A DNA stretch of 64,000 nt from the NCBI GenBank assembly GCA_041690175.1, contig JAWLHV010000005.1:92494-156493 (forward strand). The letters are read 5' to 3'. Both the position numbers and the translations under genes were made by a program. Positions within the stretch are counted from its first letter, which is position 1, and every line of letters starts with the position of its first letter. Positions 1-9,256 of the stretch are shown here, piece after piece. The notes beneath the pieces are model-generated. The model did not search any database and was not told the origin of the DNA. It saw only the letters and a program-made list of their open reading frames with translations. This DNA comes from Dehalococcoidia bacterium. GTDB lineage: Bacteria > Chloroflexota > Dehalococcoidia > UBA2979.

Positions 1-480
1 CTGGAGCGCGAGGATCCCGACCGCGACATCTCGCTCTACGTGAACTCGCCCGGCGGCGAGGTGTACGCCGGCCTCGCGATCATCGACACCATGGAGTTGA
101 TCCGGGCGGACGTCTCCACCATCGCGGTCGGCTTCAGCGCCAGCATGGGCACGGCGGTGCTGGCGGCGGGCGCCCCCGGCAAGCGCTTCGCGCTGCCCAG
201 CGCCACGATCCACATGCACCAGGCGCTCGGCGGCGCGCAGGGCCAGGCCCGGGACGTGGAGATCCACGCCGCGGAACTGCTGCGCCTCAACGAGCGCATG
301 CGGCGCCTGCTGGCCGATCGCACCGGCCGCCCCGTGGAGGAGATCGCCCGCGACTTCGACCGCGACCGCTACATGGACGCACAGGAGGCAAAGGACTACG
401 GCCTGGTGGACGAAGTCCTGGCCGGTGCCCCCACCGCCGAGCCCCGCCGCCGCGCCGGCTTCGCACCGGCCGCCCCCTGA
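1..480 (+). CDS. clpP: ATP-dependent Clp protease proteolytic subunit, 5'-truncated at window edge
   Basis: The frame is open from nt 1. Translation reads [31 protein letters not shown]...[34 protein letters not shown], the canonical ClpP serine-protease core. Stop at 478-480. Confidence 0.9.
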   Translation: MEREDPDRDISLYVNSPGGEVYAGLAIIDTMELIRADVSTIAVGFSASMGTAVLAAGAPGKRFALPSATIHMHQALGGAQGQARDVEIHAAELLRLNERMRRLLADRTGRPVEEIARDFDRDRYMDAQEAKDYGLVDEVLAGAPTAEPRRRAGFAPAAP

Positions 481-514
481 ACCTCCGACCGAGGGCGTGC
501 CTCCACGCCTCTGA

Positions 515-545
515 CCCCCTCCCCCTTCACGGGGGAGGGCGGGGG
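515..545. terminator. GC-rich hairpin between convergent clpP and phosphotransferase genes (candidate bidirectional terminator)
   Basis: CCCTCCCCC (517-525) and GGGGGAGGG (531-539) form an inverted repeat around the loop TTCAC. It sits between two convergent stop codons. There is no clear U-tract, as is common in high-GC genomes. Confidence 0.35.
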
Positions 546-600
546 TGGGGGCCGCGCCCTCGGCGCGGTTCTCCCGACTCCCCCATCCGGCCGCCGCCGT

Positions 601-1479
601 TCACCTCACCTCGTACTCCAGCAGCGCCACCCGCAACTTCCGGAGCGAGTCCGCCATCTCCTCCGACTCCGACGTCGCGGCGGTGTGGAGCCCTCGCAAC
701 TCCCGATACACCAGGTAGTCCCGCGCCTGCTCCCGCCATCCATCGGGCAGCGAGCCGCCGGCCGCCCGGTACGCCTCCGCAACCTCGAGGGTGAACGCCG
801 GCCCGTAGTACGAGATCGCCGCGAACTCCGCCGCCGGCGGCGCCAGCACCGCGTCCCCCCAGTCGAGGACCCCGGCCAGCCGCCCGTCACGCAGCAGCAG
901 GTTCTCGCTCCACGCATCGAAGTGGCACAGCACCAGCGGCCCAGACGCGAACCGCACCCCGTCGCGCACTCCCACGAGCCACGCGCCGAGGGCGTCTCGC
1001 ACCTCGCCGTCCTCGACGGCCGGGGTCACGGCCTCCGCCCACGCCAGCGACTGCGCCGCCGCCTCCAGTGCCCGCACGCCGCCCGCACCCGCCCGCTCCA
1101 GCGGCACGTGGTGCAGCGCCGCGAAGAAACGCCCGAGGTCCCCCGCCACTGCCTCGGTCATGTCGCCCGGCCCGGCCGGGACGCCCTCGAGCATGCGGTG
1201 CACGGCGACGCCGAGTGGGGAGCGCTCGGAGGGCGGGGCCAGGTCGGTGATGCGGGCCACCTCCGCGGCCAGGTCGCCGGCGATCAGTGGCAGCAGCCGC
1301 TGCTCCTGCTGCAGGTGCTCCCACGCCAGCGCGTGCTTCGCCACCCGCATCACGAACCCGCCGTCGGTGCGGTAGACCTCGGACGCCCACCCCGACGCGA
1401 GCGGCCGCAGGCCGCGCAGGTCGAGGTGAGGGAAGGCGGCGGCGAGGTGCGGGAGGAGGTCGGCGTAGGTGCGGTCCAC
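601..1479 (-). CDS. aminoglycoside/choline-kinase-type phosphotransferase family protein (APH fold)
   Basis: 292-aa ORF. It has the Brenner motif region LCHFDAWSENLLL and DWGDAVLAPPAAEFA, typical of APH/kinase-like phosphotransferases. Confidence 0.75.
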   Translation of the reverse strand: MDRTYADLLPHLAAAFPHLDLRGLRPLASGWASEVYRTDGGFVMRVAKHALAWEHLQQEQRLLPLIAGDLAAEVARITDLAPPSERSPLGVAVHRMLEGVPAGPGDMTEAVAGDLGRFFAALHHVPLERAGAGGVRALEAAAQSLAWAEAVTPAVEDGEVRDALGAWLVGVRDGVRFASGPLVLCHFDAWSENLLLRDGRLAGVLDWGDAVLAPPAAEFAAISYYGPAFTLEVAEAYRAAGGSLPDGWREQARDYLVYRELRGLHTAATSESEEMADSLRKLRVALLEYEVR

Positions 1480-1488
1480 CTTGGCTGC

Positions 1489-2598
1489 CTAGTGTCGCGT
1501 TGTTACGGCGAAGTCGGAGTCCGGGTACTCAAATAACGCCAGGAGCTCGTGGCAGCGCTTGAGGATGTCATTGGCGCTGAGGTTCGTTTCAGCAAAGTAC
1601 CCAGATGCGCCAAGCGCGCACGGCTGGAACAGCGAGTCGCCGTCCCGCGAAAAGTACTGCCTCGTGCGACCTCTCAGGGAGAGAACCTTCTCGAAGTCAT
1701 CGGGGTGGCGCGAGTAGAGCTCCTCGGCGAGCCCGATGAGCACGTCCCTCCAAGTCCCCGCCGGCCGGGCCTTGCCGAGGAACTGGAAGGATGCGGGGCT
1801 GGTGCCTGTCACGGAGCCTGCGATGCTCGGTCCGACTGCCCTACTCGCCTGGCGCTGCGGGGTTCCGGAGACGACCTCTGTGGCGGTCTCCAACCGCCCG
1901 CTGCCCTCGACCGCAATCAAGCGGGTGAGGAACTCGGCGACCACCTCATCCTCCGGACGGTATCCACAAGAACTCTCGGTGGCCTCGGCGAGAAGCTCGA
2001 CGAGCTGCTCATCGGGTTCGGAGGCCATCCGCTTCCAGGCGATCGGCATGGCCTCGGCGATGCTGTGCTTGCGTTGCGTTGCGTCCAGCACGCGCCGGGC
2101 CGCTTCGAATGCCCTGCCGTCGGAGACAGCGTCACGGGACAGAAATGAGTTCAGGTGCTCTGCCGCGTCGCGCGGATCTTGGGCTTGGACATCGAGGACA
2201 AAGAACTTTCGCTGTTCCCAGCTGCCGACTCCGGTAGGCAAGTAGAAGGACCAGCGCAGACCGTTCGTGAGGATGGCCAGGTGGACTCCCTCCCGAAAGG
2301 CATAGTCCAGCAACTGCTCCTGATGGCTCTTCTGATCCAGGTCCTCGGAGGGACGCTTCACTTCCACAAACACGCGGGCTGTTCCCGCCTGCAGACAGAA
2401 GTCAACCTTTCGTCCGCCAAGGACGTACTCGGGGCGCACCTCGTGCGGGTTTGCCCAGTCCCACCCGAGTCGATCAAGGACGGGTAGTACCGCGCTGAAC
2501 TTGATGGCCTCCTCCACGGTTTCGCGTGGAACGTCGCGCGAACGGAGATCAGTCAGCAGGGTCACGAGTCGATCATCCATACAGCCACCTCGGTTCAA
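1489..2598 (-). CDS. hypothetical protein with N-terminal HsdR-N/Mrr-like PD-(D/E)xK nuclease fold
   Basis: N-terminal ~100 aa reads EEAIKFSAVLPVLDRLGWDW...RKVDFCLQAGTARVFVEVKRPSEDL...LLDYAFREGVHLAILTNGLRWSFY. It matches the type I restriction enzyme R N-terminal (PD-D/ExK) architecture, with D...E-V-K catalytic spacing. The C-terminal 250 aa has no recognisable family. Start may be Met1 or Met7. Confidence 0.6.
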   Translation of the reverse strand: MNRGGCMDDRLVTLLTDLRSRDVPRETVEEAIKFSAVLPVLDRLGWDWANPHEVRPEYVLGGRKVDFCLQAGTARVFVEVKRPSEDLDQKSHQEQLLDYAFREGVHLAILTNGLRWSFYLPTGVGSWEQRKFFVLDVQAQDPRDAAEHLNSFLSRDAVSDGRAFEAARRVLDATQRKHSIAEAMPIAWKRMASEPDEQLVELLAEATESSCGYRPEDEVVAEFLTRLIAVEGSGRLETATEVVSGTPQRQASRAVGPSIAGSVTGTSPASFQFLGKARPAGTWRDVLIGLAEELYSRHPDDFEKVLSLRGRTRQYFSRDGDSLFQPCALGASGYFAETNLSANDILKRCHELLALFEYPDSDFAVTTRH

Positions 2599-2729
2599 CT
2601 ATATCCGTCGATTAGCCCCTTCCCGCCGCCCCCCGTACACTGGGTACTCGCCGCCCGTGGGGCGGCATCACCATCTGGGGCGCACGCCGGCCTGCCCGAG
2701 GGCGTCCCGCATCATCGAGGAGACTCAGC

Positions 2730-3749
2730 GTGGAGCCGACCGTAGCCGTCATCGGGGCAACGGGCGCCGTGGGGGACGTGTTCCTCCGGGTGGCCGCCGA
2801 GCGAGGGCTGCCGATGAAGAAGCTGCGGCTCCTCGCGAGCGCCCGCTCCAAGGGCAAGGTCCTCCAGTACGCCGGCCAGGACATCGTCGTCGAAGAGACG
2901 ACGGAGGCCGCGCTGGAGGACGCCGACATCGTCTTCTGCTCCGCCTCGTCCGAGGTCTCCCAGCAGTGGGGCCCGTGGCTGCGCGAGCGCGGCAAGGTGA
3001 TGATCGACGACGGTTCCGCCTTCCGCATGGACCCCACCGTGCCGCTGGTCATCCCGGAGGTGAACGGCGACGACCTGGAGTGGCACCAGGGCATCATCTC
3101 CATCCCCAACTGCACCACCACGCCGCTCGCCATGGCCCTGAGCGCCATGCGCGAGGTGGCGCCGCTGAAGCGCGTGCTGGCCAGCACGTACCAGGCCGTG
3201 TCCGGTACCGGCGCGGCCGCGGTGCGTGAACTGGACGAGCAAATGGCGGCCATCGGCCGCGGCGAGGCCGTGCCCGCGCCCTCGGTGTACCCCGTGCAGA
3301 TCGCCGGGAACGTGCTGCCGCACGTGGACGACTTCGTCGCGGACGAGGACGACTACACCAAGGAAGAACTGAAGATGCGCAACGAGACGCGCAAGATCCT
3401 GCACGAGCCGGACCTGCCGTTCGCTGCCACCTGCGTGCGCGTACCCGTGGCCATTGGCCACGCGGAGGTCGTGCACCTGGAGTTCGAGCGCGAAGCGCCC
3501 ATCGCCATGCTGCACGAGGCGCTGCGCTCCGCCGCTGGCGTGGAGTTGATCCCAGACCCCACGAAGTACGTCACCCCGCTGGACATCGCCGGCGACGACC
3601 GCGCGTTCGTCTGCCGCCTGCGCCCGGACCGCACCGTTGAGCACGGCGTGACCTTCTGGTGCCTGACGGACAACCTCCGCAAGGGCGCCGCCACCAACGC
3701 GATCCAGATCGCGGAGGAACTCCTGAAGCGGGACCTGCTCAAGCGCTAG
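2730..3749 (+). CDS. asd: aspartate-semialdehyde dehydrogenase
   Basis: GTG start. VAVIGATGAVG Rossmann N-terminus, and the active-site region SIPNCTTTPLAMAL with the catalytic Cys context. Confidence 0.9.
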   Translation: MEPTVAVIGATGAVGDVFLRVAAERGLPMKKLRLLASARSKGKVLQYAGQDIVVEETTEAALEDADIVFCSASSEVSQQWGPWLRERGKVMIDDGSAFRMDPTVPLVIPEVNGDDLEWHQGIISIPNCTTTPLAMALSAMREVAPLKRVLASTYQAVSGTGAAAVRELDEQMAAIGRGEAVPAPSVYPVQIAGNVLPHVDDFVADEDDYTKEELKMRNETRKILHEPDLPFAATCVRVPVAIGHAEVVHLEFEREAPIAMLHEALRSAAGVELIPDPTKYVTPLDIAGDDRAFVCRLRPDRTVEHGVTFWCLTDNLRKGAATNAIQIAEELLKRDLLKR

Positions 3750-3908
3750 GGGACGTCCGCCTGCCGGGACGCCCCCGCCTCCCCCGTTCCCAACCCGAGC
3801 ACAGCACTTACACTGTTCGCCCGGCCTCGGGCGTCGCTCCCGCGACGTGATCGAGGCCACCACCGCGGCGGAGCCTCGTACGCCCTTGCCGCCAGCAGGA
3901 GTCCCATC

Positions 3909-4814
3909 ATGTCAGCCGAATTCGGCCGTCTCATCACCGCCATGGTCACGCCCATGACCGCGACCGGCGAGGTCGACCTGGAACAGACCGGCGCCCTCGC
4001 ACGCGCCCTGGTCGCCTCCGGCACGGAGTCCATCGTGGCCACCGGCTCCACCGGGGAGGGCTTCGCGCTCTCCGAGGAGGAGACCGTGGCCGTGTGGCGC
4101 GCCACCAAGGACGCGGTCGGCCCCGAGGTCGCCGTCATCGCCGGCGCGACCAACTCGGACACCCGCCGCTCCATCCGCCTCACCGAGGCCGCCGAGCGCG
4201 AGGGCCTGGACGGCGTGCTGCTGACCGTCCCGGCGTACAGCAAGCCGCCCCAGGAGGGCCTCTACCAGCACTTCCGCGCGATCGCGGAGCACACCTCCCT
4301 GCCGTGCATGCTCTACAACGTGCCGTCCCGCACGGTCCTGAACATGACGGTCTCCACCACGCTCCGCCTGGCGGAGGTGCCGAACATCGTCGGCATCAAG
4401 GAGGCCAGCGGGGAACTCAACCAGATCGGCGCGATCATCGACCTGGCTCCGGAGGACTTCCGCGTCTGGTCCGGGAACGACAGCGACACCCTGGCGGTCA
4501 TGGCCCTGGGTGGCTACGGCGTGGTCAGCGTGGCGGCGCACCTGGTGGGCGGCCAGATCCGCCGCATGATCGACTCGATCCTCGGCGGCCGGCTCCCGGA
4601 GGCGTCGAAGGCGCACCACCGCATGCAGACGCTGGTGGACGTGCTCTTCGTGGAGAGCAACCCGATCCCGGTGAAGTACGCGGTCAACCTCGTGGGCATC
4701 GAGGCCGGCCCCTGCCGCCTGCCGTTGGTCCCGCCCTCGGAGAGCACGCGCGCGCTCATCGAGGCGGAACTGGCCCGCCACGAGATCGACCTGCGGGCGG
4801 CCGTCCGGGGCTAG
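3909..4814 (+). CDS. dapA: 4-hydroxy-tetrahydrodipicolinate synthase
   Basis: TAMVTPMT...VATGSTGEG...CMLYNVPSRT...GIKEASG are DapA hallmarks, with the Schiff-base Lys in the GIKEA context. It lies immediately downstream of asd, a common lysine-pathway pairing. Confidence 0.9.
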   Translation: MSAEFGRLITAMVTPMTATGEVDLEQTGALARALVASGTESIVATGSTGEGFALSEEETVAVWRATKDAVGPEVAVIAGATNSDTRRSIRLTEAAEREGLDGVLLTVPAYSKPPQEGLYQHFRAIAEHTSLPCMLYNVPSRTVLNMTVSTTLRLAEVPNIVGIKEASGELNQIGAIIDLAPEDFRVWSGNDSDTLAVMALGGYGVVSVAAHLVGGQIRRMIDSILGGRLPEASKAHHRMQTLVDVLFVESNPIPVKYAVNLVGIEAGPCRLPLVPPSESTRALIEAELARHEIDLRAAVRG

Positions 4815-4834
4815 TGGCTCGCTCGCCCGCCGGC

Positions 4835-5212
4835 ATGCAGTCGATCAGCGCGAACGACGTCCTCCGGTTCGTCCTCGAACTCGCCGGGCTCGCCGCCCTC
4901 GCGTGGTGGGGGTTCCGGGCTGCCGATGGTGTACTCGGCGTCGCGCTGGGCCTCGGCGCCCCGCTGCTGGCGGCGGCGGCGTGGGGGACGTTCCGCGTCC
5001 CGAACGACCCGAAGCCGGACCCGCCGGTGACGGTGCCCGGCCAGGTGCGCCTGATGCTGGAGTTCGACTTCTTCGCCGCCGCCACGCTGGCACTCTGGTT
5101 CGGCGGTGCGCCGACCGTGGCGCTCGCGTTCGCGGCGGTCACCCTCGCGCACTACGCGATGGCGCACCAGCGCGTGGGACGCCTGGTTCGGAACCAGCCC
5201 ATCGAGGTGTGA
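4835..5212 (+). CDS. small hydrophobic membrane protein (YrdB/DUF2568-like)
   Basis: This is the 3' part of the long frame-2 ORF. It starts at ATG 4835 and encodes 125 aa with 3-4 predicted TM helices, resembling small DUF2568-type membrane proteins. Confidence 0.5.
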   Translation: MQSISANDVLRFVLELAGLAALAWWGFRAADGVLGVALGLGAPLLAAAAWGTFRVPNDPKPDPPVTVPGQVRLMLEFDFFAAATLALWFGGAPTVALAFAAVTLAHYAMAHQRVGRLVRNQPIEV

Positions 5213-5219
5213 CCGGCGG

Positions 5220-5642
5220 TCAGCCCTCGGGCGGTAGGGCCGCGACCTCGTCGCGGGGCTCCCACGCCTCGCCGTACTCGCGCATCGCGACCAGGACGGG
5301 GACGAAGGCGCGGCCCTTGGTGGTCAGGCGGTACTCCGCGCGCGGGGGATGCTCGCTGTAGAACACGCGCTCCACCATGCCGTTCGCCTCCAGGCGCTTC
5401 AGGCGCTCCGCCAGGCGGTTCGCGGAGATCCCCGTCAGCGAGTCCATGAGCCCCGAGAACTTGCGCCGGCCCCAGGAGAGGTCGCGCAGCACCAGCATGG
5501 TCCAGCGGTCGCCCACCACGTCCAGCGTCCGGGCGACCGGACAGTGCTGCTGCGTTTCGTAGGAGCGCGTTTCTGGCAATTCGGCCTCTCTCCCGCGGTC
5601 GCTTGCATGGGGCCTTGTGATTCTACCCGCACTCAGGTACAA
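5220..5642 (-). CDS. HxlR-family (MarR-like) transcriptional regulator
   Basis: CPVARTLDVVGDRWTMLVLRDL...FSGLMDSLTGISANRLAERLKRLEANGMVERV is the HxlR/DUF24 winged-helix signature. The true start is probably internal to the ORF. It is divergent from the crotonase gene. Confidence 0.75.
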   Translation of the reverse strand: MYLSAGRITRPHASDRGREAELPETRSYETQQHCPVARTLDVVGDRWTMLVLRDLSWGRRKFSGLMDSLTGISANRLAERLKRLEANGMVERVFYSEHPPRAEYRLTTKGRAFVPVLVAMREYGEAWEPRDEVAALPPEG

Positions 5643-5691
5643 GTTGGCTACTCACTATCTGTTACGTAACTCTCTCATGGAGGGAGCCCCC

Positions 5692-6486
5692 ATGTCGCAG
5701 GAAGCAGACGCCCCCGTCCTGTTCGAGGTGAGCGGTGGCGTGGCCACCATCACGCTCAACCGTCCGGACGCGATGAACTCGATCAACGCCGACCTCAGCG
5801 CGGGTTTGATGGATGCCCTGCACCAGGTGCGAGACCGCGAGGACGTGCGGGTGGCAATCCTCACGGGCAACGGACGCGCGTTCTGCGCCGGCGCTGACCT
5901 GCGCGGTCGGGCTGAGGGCCCGGCTGCCGCCACCGGCGTGGCGAGCCTCTTCCCCGCGGAGGACCGCCCGGGCTTCGCGCAGTTCGACGCGAAGAAGCCG
6001 CTCATCGCCGCGGTCAACGGCTACTGCCTGGGCGGCGGCTTCGAGATGGCGCTGTCCTGCGACATCATCATCGCCAGTGAGGCGGCGCAGTTCGGCCTGC
6101 CGGAGATCACGCTCGGCTTCTTCCCGCTGGCCGGTGCGCCCGTCACCCTGCCTCGCTCCATCCCTCGAGTGCTGGCCAACGACATGCTGTTCACGGGCGA
6201 GCGCATCGATGCGGCGACCGCCCGGGCGTTCGGCATCGTCAGCCGCGTGGTCCCCCCGGAGGAACTGATGCCGGCCGCACGCGCCATGGCGGAGAAGATC
6301 GCCGGATACGCGCCGCTGGCGGTGCGGGCGATGCACGAACTGGTGCGCCGCCAGGGCAACATGCCGCGCCCGGAGGCCGAGCGCCTGGCCGCCACCATGC
6401 GCTGGGCCATCGGCCAGACCGAGGACGCCCGCGAGGGCCCGCGTGCCTTCGCGGAGAAGCGGACACCCGTGTTCAAGGGGCAGTAG
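5692..6486 (+). CDS. enoyl-CoA hydratase/isomerase (crotonase) family protein
   Basis: ATG at 5692 is preceded by GGAGGGAG. Translation reads ATITLNRPDAMNSINADL...GNGRAFCAGADL...GYCLGGGFEMAL, the crotonase fold signature. Confidence 0.85.
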   Translation: MSQEADAPVLFEVSGGVATITLNRPDAMNSINADLSAGLMDALHQVRDREDVRVAILTGNGRAFCAGADLRGRAEGPAAATGVASLFPAEDRPGFAQFDAKKPLIAAVNGYCLGGGFEMALSCDIIIASEAAQFGLPEITLGFFPLAGAPVTLPRSIPRVLANDMLFTGERIDAATARAFGIVSRVVPPEELMPAARAMAEKIAGYAPLAVRAMHELVRRQGNMPRPEAERLAATMRWAIGQTEDAREGPRAFAEKRTPVFKGQ

Positions 6487-6521
6487 CGCGAGCACTGCAC
6501 CCGTATCGGAGGAGACGAGTC

Positions 6522-7061
6522 ATGGTCAGCCCGCAGCAACAGGCCGAGTACGACCGCATGCACGGCTACTACGTGTCACAGGGAGAGAAGTACACCTGCG
6601 CCGAACTCTGGCCGCGCGCCACGGCCGCTCGGCTGGACCTGCTCGCCGCGCTGGACGGCGTGACGGACAAGCAGGCGGAGTGGTCTCCCTCCGCGGAGGA
6701 CTGGAGCATCAAGGAGACCGCGCTCCACATCCTGAAGAACTCCCGCGCCGGCAGAGGGCTGGTACAGCGGCTTGCGACCGGCGAGCAGGGCGACTCCTCC
6801 GGCATCGAGCCGCCGCGCGAGGCGACCACCGCCAGCATCGAGCAGTTGCGGGCGGACCTGCGCGAGGACGGGATGCAGTGGGCGTCCCTGCTCCTCGGGC
6901 TCCCGCCGGCGCCGCCGCCGACCCCTACGGCGCCGCACTCGATGTTCGGCGAACTGCACGCCCGCGCCTGGTACCTCTTCCAGCGCACCCACGACCTGGA
7001 CCACCGCGGCCAGATCGAGCAGGTCAAGGCCGCGCCCGGCTACCCCGGGGCGCAGTCGTGA
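6522..7061 (+). CDS. DinB/YfiT-like family protein
   Basis: 179 aa. Has the helical-bundle DinB_2-type His motifs (HILKNSR..., HDLDHRGQI). The stop overlaps the next gene's start (GTGA). Confidence 0.55.
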   Translation: MVSPQQQAEYDRMHGYYVSQGEKYTCAELWPRATAARLDLLAALDGVTDKQAEWSPSAEDWSIKETALHILKNSRAGRGLVQRLATGEQGDSSGIEPPREATTASIEQLRADLREDGMQWASLLLGLPPAPPPTPTAPHSMFGELHARAWYLFQRTHDLDHRGQIEQVKAAPGYPGAQS

Positions 7062-8110
7062 AGATCGCGGTCGGCCTCGGGGTAGCGAGAGACGACTGGC
7101 AGGCGGCGGAGACGTGGGTGCAGGAGGTGGAGCGCCTGGGCGTGGACAGTGCATGGTGCAGCGAGACCTGGGGCTTCGACGCCTTCACGCCCATCGCCCG
7201 GCTCGCTGCGAAGACGGAGCGGATCACGCTCGGCACGGCGATCGCGCAGGTGGGCTCGCGGTCGCCCGCCGTCCTCGCCATGACCGCGCTGTCGCTGGCC
7301 TCGATGACCGGGGACCGCTTCGTGCTCGGCCTGGGCACCAGCGGCCCGCAGGTCATCGAGGGCTGGCACGGCGTCCCCTTCAACCCGCCGTACACGCGCC
7401 TCCGCGAGACCGTGGAGATCGTGCGACTGGCGATGTCCGGCGAGCGCGTGGCGTACGAGGGCAAGGTGCACCAGTTGCCGCTGCCGGGCGGCGAGGGCCG
7501 CGCGCTGCGCAGCAGCGCCACGGCTCGACGTGTGCCCGTGTATCTCGCCACGCTCGGGCCTCGCAGCCTGCGCATGACGGGCGAACTGGCGGACGGCTGG
7601 TTCGCCTCCTCCTTCATGGCGGAGCACGCCGCAGTGTTCCTGGACGAGATCCGTGTGGGGGCGGGGGCGGCCGGACGCGACTTCAACGAGATCGAGCGCC
7701 AGGCGGGAGGCGTGGTGCAGTTCGGCGATGACCTGGACGCCCTCATCCGGCCGCGCAAGCCGGGCTTCGCCTTCGAGATGGGGGCGATGGGGTCGCCGGA
7801 GCACAACTTCTACCGCGAGGCGTACACGCGACAGGGCTACGGCGAGGTGGCGCAGGAGGTCCTGCGGCTGTGGCTGGACCGTCGGCGCGACGAGGCGGCC
7901 GCACTGATCCCGGATGACCTGGTCACCAAGTCCAACCTGCTAGGGACGGACGAGATGGTGAAGGCCCGCATCCGCGCCTACCGGGACGCGGGCATCACGA
8001 CGCTACAGGTCTCGCCCGCCGGCGACACCATGGCGGAACGGCTGGAGACGCTGGGACGGCTCATGGACCTGGCGAGGGCCGTCGACCGGGAGGCGCCGAT
8101 CCCGGCCTGA
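7058..8110 (+). CDS. LLM-class (luciferase-like) F420-dependent oxidoreductase
   Basis: GTG start overlaps the DinB stop. Translation reads KIAVGLGVARDDW...LGLGTSGPQVIEGWHGVPF...TLQVSP, the luciferase-like monooxygenase TIM barrel typical of the F420-dependent subgroup. Confidence 0.75.
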   Translation: MKIAVGLGVARDDWQAAETWVQEVERLGVDSAWCSETWGFDAFTPIARLAAKTERITLGTAIAQVGSRSPAVLAMTALSLASMTGDRFVLGLGTSGPQVIEGWHGVPFNPPYTRLRETVEIVRLAMSGERVAYEGKVHQLPLPGGEGRALRSSATARRVPVYLATLGPRSLRMTGELADGWFASSFMAEHAAVFLDEIRVGAGAAGRDFNEIERQAGGVVQFGDDLDALIRPRKPGFAFEMGAMGSPEHNFYREAYTRQGYGEVAQEVLRLWLDRRRDEAAALIPDDLVTKSNLLGTDEMVKARIRAYRDAGITTLQVSPAGDTMAERLETLGRLMDLARAVDREAPIPA

Positions 8111-8114
8111 GCCA

Positions 8115-8657
8115 CTACCGACGCTGTGCGCGCTTCGCATCGCGCTCGGCGACGTGGCGCTCCCAGGTGGCGCGGGTCCTGGCGCGGGCCTTCTCGAAGC
8201 CCAGGCGGTCGCCGTAGTAGCCGCCGAGGATGCCGGCGAGCGCCCTGCCGCCGACCAGCAGGATCAGCGCGTAGACGATCGTGGCGTAGAGCAGCCGGTC
8301 CTTCAGGAACGGCACCGTGAGGACGAACGCCAGGCCGCCCACCACCGCGATCAGCAGGCCGATGTACGCCAGGCCGTTCACCCAGCGAGCCTCGACCTTT
8401 CGCTGCTCTCGCAGGGCGTCCATGATGTCGGCCGGGACCGCGTCCACGGGCTTGCGCCCTGCCGAGAAGTCTTCGTTGCAGTGCGGGCAGCGCGAGGTGT
8501 CCCGGCCTACCGGTGTGTAACAGTTGCCGCAGAAGCGGCCGCGGTTCGGGGCCTCTCCGCGCGACACGGCCACCAGGTGCTCCTCCAGCGCCGGGCTGAA
8601 GAGCGGGCAGCCGTCCTCGGGGCGGAATCGCTCCTCGCCCGGTTCGTCGAAGGTCAT
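8115..8657 (-). CDS. zinc-ribbon (CxxC...CxxC) protein with C-terminal TM helices
   Basis: Start at Met62 of the ORF (ATG 8657). GNCYTPV...CPHC forms a zinc ribbon, followed by two hydrophobic helices and a basic tail. Its start overlaps the mug stop. Confidence 0.5.
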   Translation of the reverse strand: MTFDEPGEERFRPEDGCPLFSPALEEHLVAVSRGEAPNRGRFCGNCYTPVGRDTSRCPHCNEDFSAGRKPVDAVPADIMDALREQRKVEARWVNGLAYIGLLIAVVGGLAFVLTVPFLKDRLLYATIVYALILLVGGRALAGILGGYYGDRLGFEKARARTRATWERHVAERDAKRAQRR

Positions 8658-9256
8658 GCCGCCCCCTGCCGCGCTTGCCCGCGTTGCCCCTGGCGCCCGA
8701 GCGCCTTCGCGAGATCCGCGAGCACCCCATCGATCTCCCGGTGGTAGCCGGCGGCGCGCCCGGACGGCGAGGGCATGACCCACACCTCCGCGCCGGCCAG
8801 GGGTGGCACATCCTGCCTGCCCCATCCGCGCGAGCGCCACTGGCCCGGGTAGACCGCCTCGAAGGGCCGGGTGGCCGTGAAGCAGACCGCCCGCGGCGCT
8901 GCTAGGGCGATGCGTTCCTGGAAGGCCGGGACGGCGTCCGCGAACTCCGCGCGGCTGATCTGGGCGCTGTCCGTGATCACCCGCTTCACCACGTCGGTGA
9001 AGCCGATGCCCTCCGCCAGCAGGCTCGCGTCGTCCTCGGCGGTGACTTCTCGGCTGACAAGGGGGGAGGCGGAGAGCCGGCGCCAGAAGGCGTTGCCGGG
9101 GTGGCCGTAGTAGTGGCCGCGCTCGGCGGACCGCTCCCCTGGGTTGATGCCGACGAACACCAGGTCGAGGCCGGGCCGCAGCAGGTCCGGGAGCGTCGGC
9201 AGGCCGGCGGCGTAGGCCGGGCGGTCCGCCTTCGACGCGCCGCTCGCGGTACTCAC
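8654..9256 (-). CDS. mug: G/U mismatch-specific DNA glycosylase (Mug/TDG family)
   Basis: The LVFVGINPGERS motif (GINPG) defines Mug/TDG uracil-DNA glycosylase family 2. Confidence 0.8.
   Translation of the reverse strand: MSTASGASKADRPAYAAGLPTLPDLLRPGLDLVFVGINPGERSAERGHYYGHPGNAFWRRLSASPLVSREVTAEDDASLLAEGIGFTDVVKRVITDSAQISRAEFADAVPAFQERIALAAPRAVCFTATRPFEAVYPGQWRSRGWGRQDVPPLAGAEVWVMPSPSGRAAGYHREIDGVLADLAKALGRQGQRGQARQGAA

Noticed and set aside
606-1562. Multiple long overlapping ORFs (606-917, 685-1536, 887-1390, 1068-1250, 1287-1562) on both strands across the phosphotransferase gene
   Set aside because: Their products are Arg/Pro/Gly-rich with no motifs. This is typical of spurious open frames in 70% GC DNA. 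Only the 601-1479 minus frame encodes a recognisable domain.
2712-3863. 383-aa antisense ORF and 2501-3229 plus ORF overlapping asd
   Set aside because: Low-complexity translation. The asd frame has clear family motifs.
4094-4834. 5' 740 nt of the 372-aa frame-2 ORF overlapping dapA
   Set aside because: Out-of-frame read-through of dapA with an R/G/P-rich product. Only the 3' 378 nt (4835-5212) encodes a plausible membrane protein.
6443-7057. N-terminal 200 aa of the 555-aa ORF preceding the LLM oxidoreductase
   Set aside because: It overlaps the DinB gene in another frame and is Arg-rich junk. The GTG at 7058 gives a canonical luciferase-like N-terminus.
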